From assembly GCA_963514005.1 (NCBI GenBank), contig OY740804.1, forward strand, positions 18,476,001 through 18,540,000: a DNA stretch of 64,000 nucleotides, written 5' to 3'. Both the position numbers and the translations under genes were made by a program. Positions 11,001-23,000 of this stretch are shown piece after piece; the stretch's first letter is position 1, and every line of letters starts with the position of its first letter. Origin of the DNA: Raja brachyura. Its lineage: Eukaryota. Below the pieces are notes generated by a model. That model was not told the DNA's origin. It was given only the letters and a program-made list of their open reading frames with translations, and searched no databases.

Positions 11001-14000
11001 TCTTTCGTCTCATCTGTTTCCTCGTGTCATGTTATTGACAAACTTTGTAGTAATCTAAGTAAATTTGGATACATATAAGGCTGGCGTTTCCCCTGTCTCC
11101 ATCATGGGATATCGGTGACGCTGCGGGTGGAATTTCTGCCACTGGTGAATAGGTAGAACGTCGAAGTCGTCAATGCTTCTTTAGGCATCCACTGGATAAA
11201 TAGCCCCAGCGTGAAAACTAATTTAAGAATATATGTAATTGATTGGATAGCGAAGACAAATATTTGGGGATATTGGAGGGACGGGATCATTGTAAAACAG
11301 GTTTTTGATTGACATGCAATTTGGTGGCCGAATGTATGGATTATATACTGCTATTTTTTTGAAAAATCGCTTTCAGAAAATACTCATATCCCTGTCAGAC
11401 GAATAAATAATTTGCGTGTCGCTGGGGAAATGATGTAAACGTTTTACAGCATAACCAATTAGGCAGCTTTGAGAGACTTGTGCTTTACTGTGGTACCAGT
11501 GAATATTGTAACGACATACATGATTTGTCGTGCAGCACTTAACTGTAGCTTCCAACAGGGCAATAATACTATCGCTTCCAACATCAATTTTAAAAATATA
11601 TTTTCCAACTGTTCTATTCTGGAAAATAACGTGCTTGTTTGCGGTGACATTTAATCATTTCATATTTTTCACTTCTGAGTTTGTACACTTCACATATGTT
11701 TGTATCTGTCTGATATAATTACCCAATCAGGAACCATGATTACACATTTTGAATGTGAATTACTATTTATCGCTCTGAATTGTCTTAATGTTCTTTATGT
11801 TCAGTGGTATTGAGGAAAGTGTACAAAACTGAGCAAATAACTTTCGATTCGACGAAGCGTGAGTGATGCAGATAACCTGCTTGGTGGATCGTATGATGGT
11901 AAAGCGAAATTAAACGTCCAAAATACGTTACAGATTTATTCGTAAATGGAAAAGTGACCGTGCTGCATGATGATCATCAATAGTACAATGGTAGTAACTG
12001 AACTCCCTTTTCCAAGGGAATCCTATGCGTTACATATAACTGCACTCCTTCGTACATATCAGATTGATGTGAGGGTGGTGTGGGCGGGAAGAAGAAAGGA
12101 AGAGGCGGAGGCAGTGGGCTGTGGGAGAGCTGGGAAGGGGAGGGGAAAGAGGGAGAAAGCTTTCTCCCTCTTTCCCCTCCCTCTGTCTCCCTCTTTCCCC
12201 TTCACTTCCCAACTCTCCTACAGGCCACTGTCTCCGCCTCTTCCTTTCTTCTTCTCGCCCACACCACCCCCACATCAGTCTGAAAAAATGACTCGACAGA
12301 AACGTCACCTATTACTTCGTTGCATAGATGCTGCCTCACCCGCTGAGTTTCTCCAGCATGTTTATCTACCTTCGATTTTTCCAGCATCTTCAGTTCCTTC
12401 TTAAACATTCTATGTAACATTGTCTGTATGTATTATGTCTGTACCGTTAAGAGACTGAATAAATATAGCTGCTCGTTTCCATGTCATCCGTTTCCATAAG
12501 TGTATATCCAATAGTGTGATATCTCCCGAATAAATAAATTGGGCACACATTTGGTATGCAAATCGACTATAACAGAATAAATGAACAAAGAGTATTAATT
12601 TTCTGGCACGTTACATAGACTGAAACGATATATGTTCAGCATTGTCCATTGGTCAATAAACCTATGAATAAAATATATCTCAAGACGCACACTAAAGGTT
12701 TGGAAAAGTCAGTTAAATGCATGACAATGTAATTGCCGTGCATTTGAAGAGCACGGATGAATTATAGTAGTTGTTTGCTCTGTTTTAACTCGAATGTAGA
12801 ATATGAAATACGTTAGGGATAGTATAAGGTGCGAAGATCACAAAACAGAAGAAGATAATCAGCCTCAGAAGTACATAAACAATACACATTAAATAATAAG
12901 CAGGGGTACGTCAAATTTGAGCGTAAGTTAAAGAGAGGAGGTTGAAGGCTTCTAAAGATTTGTGTGTATAATAGCAAAAGGGAAATCAAATGTTATCACG
13001 AAGAGTCCGTAGCAGGGGAAATTATAATGAGGAAATAAAACAGTAGCAGACAAATTAAATCACGCAATGTTTCATAATGCACTAATTCGCATAAATAAGT
13101 AGTCCCTACTAGTGAATAAATGTTTAGTCAGGCATGGGGAGAACTGAAACTACTATTGGTTTGGAGATGGTGTTAGTTAAATTCGCAGGGTGGAAAGACG
13201 GTAAATCTCAGCAAATCGAAGAAAACACACATAATTAAATTTCAAATTTCAATAGCCAAATATGAAACGGGCAAGCAAACGATTCTGGGGTCTCTGTAAT
13301 TGGGGTTCAAATTTTAAAAATGGTTTACAATCGCTTCCTTGTGAATGTCAAAATGCAAATATTAGGCTGCCTTCGGAACGGTATTCTGATTAGATGTCGG
13401 TGATTACCATTGCGACGAAGCTGTTCTTCAAGTCCTATTAACATAAGCAGCGAAGTGTTAAACGTTCACGGCAAAAACATATAGGTTCAAAAACAAAGCA
13501 CAGAAAAAAGTCACAACCTACCTTCTTTACATAGTTGGAACTTCATCTCTGATGGAAATAACAGTGATCATATCAAGATCAATCGAAGATATTTATACTG
13601 CAATCGTTGCATTTCCGTAACTGTATCACATTGCATTAATTATACATATTTTAATCAATCATCCGGGATGTGTTATGGCGTTGCAAACATTACCACTTAT
13701 TGATCAATCGCATTTGTCGAATACATCGCCGTGAGAAACATTTTGAAACGCTGGAGAATTAATAGTAACCCTGCTTCTTCGCAGTACACTCGTGATGAAG
13801 TCTCGCAACTGCGCACTTTTCTACGTGCTTTGGAGATGGTCTTATCAGCAGACATATTTCACTGGATAGTATAAGGTGCGAAGATCACAAAACAGAAGAA
13901 GATAATCAGCCTCAGAAGTACATAAACAATACACATTAAATAATAAGCAGGGGTACGTCAAATTTGAGCGTAAGTTAAAGAGAGGAGGTTGAAGGCTTTA

Positions 14001-17000
14001 ACGTCAGCGATTCTGGATTAAAGATGTTTAAGAAAGAAATACAGATGCTGGAGAAATCGAAGGTAGACAAAAAAGCTGGAGACACTCAGCGGGTGAGACA
14101 ACGAATATGGAGCGAAGGAATAGGCGAAGTTTCAGGTCGAGACACTTCTTCAGACTGATGTCGGGAGGGGGGGGGGACTAAAGGAGAGGCGGAGACAGTA
14201 GGCTGTGGGAGAGCTGGGAAGGGGAGGGGAAAGGTGGGGAAATCAAGGCCTACCTGAAATTGGATGTTAATGTTCAAACCACTGGGGTGTAAACTACCCA
14301 AGCTAAATATGAGGTGCTGTTCCTCTTATTTGCGGAGGGCCCCACTCTGGCCATGGAGGAGGCCCAGGCCAGAAAGGTCGGATTCGGAATCGGAGGGGAA
14401 GTTAAAATACTGAGCCACCGGGAGATCGGGTTGGTTGTTGCTAACTGAGCGGAGGTGTTGGACGAAGCTGCTCACCGATGTAGAGCAGTTGACACCTGGA
14501 ACAGCGGATGCAGTGAATGAGGTTGGAGGAGGTGCAGGTGAACCTCTGCCTCACCTGGAAAGTCTGCTCGGGTCATTGGATGGAGTCGATGGGCGAATTA
14601 AAGCAAATTGCCGGGGGGGGTGATTTCGTTTGGAAGGAATGAATTGACCAGGGAGTTACGGAGGGAACGGTATCTGCGGAAAGCAGAAAGGGGAGGAGAC
14701 GGGAAGAAGTGGCCAGTGGTGGGATCCCGTTGGAGCTAGCGAGATTGTCGGAGGATTGTATGTTGTATGCGTCCCCTGGTATGGTGGAAGGTGAGAACAA
14801 GGGGAACTATGTCCTTGTTGCGAGTAGGGGGATGGGAAGTGAGAGCGAAGCTACGGGATATAGAGGAGACCCTCGTGAGTGCCTCGTCTATATTAGAATA
14901 CAGGAACCCCCGCTCGCTAGAAAATGAGGACATCTCCGATGCCCTGGTTTTGAACACCTCATCGTGGGTGCAGATGCGGTCGGTAGTCTGTTACCTGCGA
15001 TGGAGGAAAAGTTGTTGCGGGCAAGGACCCGCTCCGCTAGGCGGAGAAGAGAACTAGTAGACGGGGATTGCTCGATTCTGCGGTCGAGGAAGAAATGGAG
15101 GGCTTTCAGACCCTCCTGGTGGGAATGGATACGTATGGTGACTGGACATCCATAGTGAAGATGAGGGAGTGGGGCCTGGAAAACGAAAGTCGTGAAGGAG
15201 ACGAAGAGCGTGTGAGGTGTCTTGAACATAGGTAGGGAATGATTTGACCAGGGAGGATAGGATGGAGTCGATGTAATTGGAAATAAGTTCGGTGAGATAA
15301 GAACAAGCAGTAACAATGGGTCTGCCAGGACATTTTGTGGATTTTGGGGTGAAGATAAAATCGGGCCGTGCGGGGCTGGGGAAAGATGAGGTTGGAGGCT
15401 TGGGAGGGCATGGATACATAATATAAGTACAATAAGGCGAAAAGGGTAATCGCAGAATTCCTCATGAATCAAAGCGGCCATCACTGTGTGGAGCCACAAG
15501 AGATGGGAAATTCTTCATTTAGTATGTCTCCTCTATATTTACTGTGATGACAGACATGAGAACCGGGGAAACTTGAGGCAGTCAATTGAAGCGTATTGTG
15601 GACAGTTTGTATTACGGTAGACGAGGTTCTAAAGTCCTAATGCGCATGAAGAAAGACACATATCCCGGGCCCAACCAGATATATCTAAGCTGGTAAGCTA
15701 AAGGAGAAATTGCAGGTTCTCTGGCTGATGTATATGGTTCATCATTAACCACGGGTTAGAAAACGGAAGACCGGAGACTGGCAAATGTTGTGTCTCTATC
15801 TATGAAGTGCTGCAGCGAAACATAGAAACATAGAAACATAGAAAATAGGTGCAGGAGTAGGCCATTCGGCCCTTCGAGCCTGCACCGCCATTCAATGTGA
15901 TCATGGCTGATCATCCAACTCAGTATCCCGTACCTGCCTTCTCTCCATACCCCCTGATCCCTTTAGCCACAAGTGCCACATCTAATGCCCTCTTAAATAT
16001 AGCCAATGAACTGGCCTCAACTACCTTCTGTGGCAGAGAATTCCAGAGACTCACCACTCTCTGTGTAAAGAATGTTTTCCTCATTTCGGTCCTAAAGGAA
16101 TTCCCCCTTATCCTTAGACTGTGACCCCTTGTTCTGGACTCCCCCAACATCGGGAACAATCTTCCAGCATCTAGCTTGTCCAACCCCTTAAGAATTTTGT
16201 AGGTTTCTATAAGATCCCCCCTCAATCTTCTAAATTCCATCGAGTACAAACCGAGTCTATCCAATCTTTCCTCATATGAAAGTCCTGACATCCCAGGAAT
16301 CAGTCTGGTGAATCTTCTCTGTACCCCCTCTATGGCAAGGATGTCTTTCCTCAGATTTGGAGACCAAAACTGTACGCAGTACTCCAGGTGTGGCCTCACC
16401 AAAACCCTGTACAACTGGGGGAGCCTTGGGGGAAAATGGCTAATGAGTTTAACATCTAAGGGATCAGATGTTCATGCTGTTTAGTGAGACACCTACTGAG
16501 TAGCAATAGCCAGCACAGTTCTGCTTGTGGGAAATCGTGCCTCGCGAATCTGATGAGATTTTTGATGATGTGACCAAAAATAGAGATCGGGGTCAGAACT
16601 GTAGACGTTATACCTATTAATTTTAGTAAGGCATTTGACAAGGTTCCACAGGGTAGTGTCTCCGGGAGGATAGATCGCATGGAATCCAAGGAGAGCTAAT
16701 CAACAGGATAGAAACGTGGCTTCGCTGAATAAAGCAGCGTGTGATAGTGGAAGGTTCTTCGGACTTGAGGCATGTGGCTAGTGCTGTGGCTCAGGTGTCG
16801 GTGCTTGGCGTATCGCTGCGGGTCACCTGTATCAAGGATTTGGATGAGAACGTATCAGGCTTGATTTGTAAGCTCGCAGATGACATTAAAGTGGGTGGTG
16901 TTTAGATACCGAAAATGGTTTTCAAAAATTGATGGAGAACGTCGATTGGTTGGGTGGGTGTGCAAATGAATGGTTAACATAGTTTAATAAAGAAAAGTGT

Positions 17001-20000
17001 GACGTGCTTCATTTGAGGAAGTCTAACAAGGGCAAGACCTACACATCTAATGTAGACCACTGTAGAGTGTTGAGGCGCAGGAGTGAATGTACGTACTTCC
17101 TTGATACTGGCGCCAACTGTAGAAGTGATAGTCATTGAGGATTTCGGCTCACTGGCTGTACCTACTCAAAGTGTTGAGTATAGAGGTTGGGGGGTTATAT
17201 TACAGTTATATAAGACGTTGTTGATGCCGCTTTTGATGTGATGTGCACAGTACACTATTTTTGTAACCGCACAGTACATGCACCACACGCAGCTATGGGT
17301 CGTGTTGCCTCAGGTGGGATTGGGCTGTTACACATTGCCATAGGGCGCAGGTTTTGGTAGTTGTGAAATAATATAAACAAAATGTAATGGAATACACAGC
17401 AAGTGATAATGTTCTGGCTCTCGTTCGGTACACGTTGCAAACAATATCATATGTGTCAAGCTTATATTAGTTTTGCTTACTTATCAATCGCACACATTAC
17501 GATAGTTTACCTGGTTCATTTCGCTACTCACTTTGGCTGCCTATCTATATTACTACCTATCTGTCAGGCTTGCTGCAAAGGTGCACACTAGCCTGCTTAC
17601 GTGTAGGTTCGTCTATCTCTGCCTGTCCGTCTCTCCTTTTGTTCTCTCCCTCTCTCCCTATCCGATCAGAACTTCAGAATGCTATCAGAACATTTGTACA
17701 TGCGCAATGATAGTTTAAGCATACAGGGAACGTGGGGGGAAAGACAGGCAGGTGGGGCAAGTGTAGATAGGTTATGTTGGTCGGCGTGGGGAAGTTGGGT
17801 CGAACGGCCTGTTGTCATGCAGTATGACACTATGACTCTATTACTCGCTCAGTTTATGGCAACATCCACTACACCCGGTTCACACTTCTCCTCTAACAAG
17901 GTTGACATTACCAGCTCTAATATTTCCACATGAAGCTGGACATAATATTATAGTTCTGTTTGCGTGCAGTGTTGATTTTTCAGAGTTCCATACTTTAAAT
18001 AACATTTTTTTTCAGAAGATGGGCTTTTATTTTCAAACTATCTACTATACTTGCCTATGTCCTGAAACGCCTTCAAATATTACGCTAAAGCGGCAGTCGT
18101 CAGGAAACCAATGGGTATTTGTCACTGGAGTTCCACGCTCCAAATACATGTTGCGTGAAGGGCGTCAAGTCTTGCCCATACACGCAGCTGCAGTCAACAT
18201 CTTTGAGCGCAAGATTATCTCCTAGGTCGGAAGCTGGTGAGGGCATAATGTGTTGAATGGTATAATTGTAAACAGAATGAATTCGAACGCCCATCCCTCC
18301 TGCACTTCTGTAAGACCATCATAGCACCCAGGTCTATTTGCGTTACTAATACCTCAGCGAGATAACAACACATTACGAAGTTTGTCGGAGATCAATGGTG
18401 AAATGTCCTCGCTCATTTTTGCTTTGATTTATTGGTGAAGCCTGGTCCATGTGGCAGAATTCGTCCAATATTTCTGCCTTTCTCAGAACTCCAGCAAAAT
18501 CATCTATATAATGTCTTTTCGTTTGCGAACTATATTATTATTTTTTTGAAACACAAATACCGCCCTGTGATAATTGCCTCAGATACAATCTGTTTACTTC
18601 TCACTTGCGCACCCTACATAAAAAGATCTAGACTTCGACATTTAGCCTCACTAATTTCATCGATAAATAGGCCGTGGTCACATGATTATTTAACACATTG
18701 ACGAGAACTACACACAACTCCCTCGGCATTTCAACAATATCTCTGCACGAACTTCAGTTTCACTTTCTCGAGCATAGAATATCCCGACCATAGAAAATAA
18801 ACGTATGTACATGTATTTGGTTGTTATGTCATTATAAGCAGTGCGAATATGTTTCAATGAATGTCACATGCATAACCACATGTGGCACATTGCACTTTCC
18901 TTTAATTATAAAATATTGCAATATTATCCTCTGTACAGACTTTCCTTTTTGTTGGATGACGGTGCAACGTAAATTCAACTCCATTTGAGACGAAGGAATG
19001 TTGGTTTAATACTCACCTGAATCTTGAAGAGTATGTTTTACATTAACCAAATCTAAAAATAGAGTTGGATGTTAGGTTTGTTTCTGACGTGCAAGGCTTG
19101 TTGTTATATTGCCGATTCTTGTTACCGTCGGCATTTTACGGGTTAGTGCCATAGTATGCAATATAACGCCTCTTGGAATCAAATAACCAGGCATGGGATT
19201 ATAAGGGAAATTGGTTGAAGAGTACATTTGGTGCACGCTTTAAATCCCGAGATTCTTGGCAGTTTCCAGGTCTTGGTCTGGCTGAGGTCCTCCTGGTGTA
19301 TAAATTTGTGGGTAATAGCTATGGTGATTGTATTTCTTCCAAGCTGAACTTCAAAGGAAGGCAACGAGGGTGAACAGGGTTGGCCATTTCCCTGTGTGAT
19401 TTCGAGAATGTAATCTACCAGATTGTCGCATAATGGAAAAACACGCATCAGCGCATGACGGTGATGCTCACCATATAATTATCAACAAAATCTTCTTAAC
19501 TGGTTGATTTTCCACCAAGGGGAATGCAATTGTTGAACAATAAATTTGCCAAGATACCAGAAAGGAATCTCAGCGTTATTAACTACATATATAAATTAGA
19601 ACTTAAATCCGGGTGTGCGCATATGACGGTTGAAGCCGAACACGTGCACCAGCACCAACAGAATGGTTTAATATAATAATAAATTCTAACCACTGTTTTC
19701 CTGTGATGCGTGCAACACGCCAATTGCTGATGTGAGTATGTTTTTCAATCGATTTGAAAAATAAACAGATTTTGAATATATATTTGGTGGTATTGAACAA
19801 CGGGAGAAAACGAGTTGGTCCTCTATCACCCGGCAACTCTTCATAATATGCACTATTGCCCAATAATTTTTGGATATAATGTCAAAGATTCATGCAACAC
19901 TGTACCAGGGCCGTTGGCTTGACTTGTCCATGCCGAACAAATGTCTCCAGAAGCTCGTCTTTTTATCACACAAGTCGATCGAAATCGTTCCTATCCGTGC

Positions 20001-23000
20001 GCCTATTATGTTTCTAATTATGGTACTTGCTCTAACCAGTTTAGCTGGAGGCTTTTTCCATATAAATATCACACTCCTAATGATAAACGAGTCGCTCATG
20101 ATACAATAAAAAAAAGTCATCTCAACATAAAAGGTTGCTTGCTAACCACTGGGAAAAAAAGATAGTGAGCCTTCACCACAAATATATCAGTCCTGACTTT
20201 ATAAACCTAGGTAGGTTCACTAATCACTCTTCTCCGCTGAAAGGAAGGCAGTCTTAGTCTGCCCAACATCTCACTATAATACACCCCCAGGTTGTGGCAA
20301 TATACTGGTGGGGTTTTTTCAGCACACTTTCGAGCATCTTGGCACCGTTCATACGTGGATAATCAATTCAAAATACCACATTCCATGAGCAGCCTCCAGA
20401 TGGTCTTGTACAACTGCCTCGCAACAGTGCAACTTATATATTCGATGCGTTTACTTATAAAGCTCAGCATGCGAAAATATTATTCACAACACCATCGTAC
20501 TCTGCGGCCACTACCAGGGAACCCTGTACCTCTATTCCGACATAACTGTGTTTCAAAGCACTTCACAGGGCAACGCTATTCACAGTGTAAGTCTGAGAAA
20601 CATAGGAACACACAAATTGGTACATGACTTCGCCTTTCAGCCCTTCGAGCCAACTCCGCCATTTAATATGATAATGGCTCATTATACAAAATCAGTACCG
20701 CGTTCCTGCTTTCTCCTCATATCCCTTGATTCTGTTAGCGCTGAGCTATAGCTAACCCTCTCTTGAATACACACACATGTCCTGTCTTGCTACCCAAAAC
20801 GAAACTCGTTGCGCTTTTTGCATTAAAATTCGATGTTCTATCAATCGACTCCATTACTCAGCTGATGAATATCCCATCAGTAGAAAATTGGAAACGTCGA
20901 AAATAGGTGCAGGATTAGGCAATTCGACCCTTCGAGCCAGCACATCCATTCAATATGATCATGGCTGATAATTCAAAATTACTACCCCGTTTCGGCTTCT
21001 CCCCCATATTCCTTGTTTCCATTAGCCCTTAGAGCTAAATCTAACTCTCTCTTGAAAATATCCAGTGAATTGGCCTCCACTGCATTCAGTGGCAAAGAAT
21101 TCCACAGATTCACGACGCTCTGCGTGAAAACATGTTTTCCTCATCTCAGTCCTATTCTTGATCTATGGCCCCTGGTTCTGGACTCCCCGAACGTCGGGAA
21201 CATGTTTTCCTGCATCTACCCTGTCCAATCCTCTAAGAATTTTACATGTGTCTATAAGATCCCATTTCATTCTTCAAAATTCCTGCGAATACAAGCCCAG
21301 CGACGAATTCTTGCATCATACCCGTCGTCCCGGGAATTAACCTGGCGAACCTACGATGCACTCCCACATTAGCAAGAATGTCCTACCTCAAATTAGGCGT
21401 CAAACATTATGCACAATACACCAGGTGCGGTCTCACGAGGGCACAGGACAGCTGCAGTAGGGCGGCCTTGATCCGAAATTCAAATCCTCCCGAAATGAGG
21501 GCCAAAATGCCATTGGTTGACTTCACTGCCTGCTGTACCTGCATGCTTATTTCAGTGACTGATGCACAAGCACGCCCAGGTCAGTTGCACCTCCCCTTCT
21601 CCCAATCTGACACCATTCAGATAATAATCTGTCTTCCTGTTCTTGCCACCAAAGTGGATAACCTCACATTTATCCACACGATAGTGCCTCTGCCAAGGTT
21701 CTCATCACTCACCCAACCTACCCAAGTCATCATGCAGCTTCATAGCATCCTCCTCGCAGCTCACACTGCCACTCAGCTTTGTCCGTCAACTTGCAGATGT
21801 TACTTTTAATTCCCTCGTCTAAACCGTTATTAAATATTGTAAACAACTGGGGTTCCAGCACCGAGACTTGCGGCACAACATTAGTCTGCCATTCTGAAAG
21901 GGATCCTTAAATCATACTCGTTGCATCCTCTCTGCCAACCAGTTATCTATTCATGGCAATACCCCACCCGCAATACCATGTGCTTTAATTTTGCCCATTA
22001 ATCTCTTGTGCGGCATTTTGTCAAAGGGTTTTCTAAGTCCAGATAAAGTACACCACATCCACAGGCTGTCCCTCATCTAGTCTACTTTTTACATCTTCAG
22101 TTAGAGATTGGTACATATGACATTATGGGGATTACAGATACATGGGTGAAAGACGATCGGGACTGGGAACTGATTATTCAGAGATATACGTCCCATAGTA
22201 AGGACAGCGGCAGGGCAGAGGAGGTGGGTTAGCTCTGTTGGTGAGGGATGAAATTCAGTCCATTGCGATGGGTGAAATGGGGACTAACGATGTAGAGTCG
22301 CTGTGGATAAAATTGAGGAAGTATAAAGGTAAGAAGACACTAATGGAAGTTGCCCACAGGCCCCCAAACAGTAGCCTGGATATAGGGTGCAAATTGCAGC
22401 AGAGTTAAAATTAGCATGTAACAAAGGTAATGCAACTGTGGTTGTGGGAAATTTCAATATGCAGCTGACTGGGAAAATCAGGTTGGTTCTCGACCCCAAA
22501 AAAGGGAGTTTGTAGAGTGTCTCCGAGATGGATTCTTAAAGCAGCTTGTACTGGAGCCTACCAGATAGAAGGCAATTCTGTATTTATTGCCAAATTAACC
22601 ACATTTAATAAGGAAACAAGGTTAAAAAAAATCGCGAGGAGGTGGTGCCATAATATGACACGTTTTAATCTGCAATTTGAGAGGGAGAAGGTTAAATCAG
22701 AAGTGTTGCAGTTAAACAAAGGGAACTATGAAGGCATGAGAGAGGAGCTAGCCACGGTCGACTGGAAAATGATGCTAGCAGCAATGAAGGTGGAACATCA
22801 CTGGCAGGGATTTCTGGGCATATTCCAGAAGATGCTTGATTCCAAAGAGGACGAAAGATTCTAAGAGAAATAAGAGGCAATCGTGGCTGACAAGGGAAGT
22901 TAGGGATGGAATATAACTAAAGAAAGGGGGTAGCGGGACGCTAGAGGATTGGAACAATTTCAAAGGGCAACAGAGGGTAACAAAAAGGGCAATATGGGCT

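Larger units (their letters stand above)
12817..13998. repeat. 135-bp direct repeat pair (12817-12951 and 13864-13998)
   Basis: ggatagtataaggtgcgaag...gttgaaggctt appears identical in both copies. Confidence 0.9.

Noticed and set aside
17912-17935. 24-nt candidate exon (similar candidates at 60481-60504 and near 54451)
   Set aside because: Off-pattern size and no heptad signature; expected by chance.
19691-19726. 36-nt open candidate exon [12 protein letters not shown]
   Set aside because: Weak acceptor and donor, no Leu at position 9, and it would break the 8-exon unit; not fully excluded.
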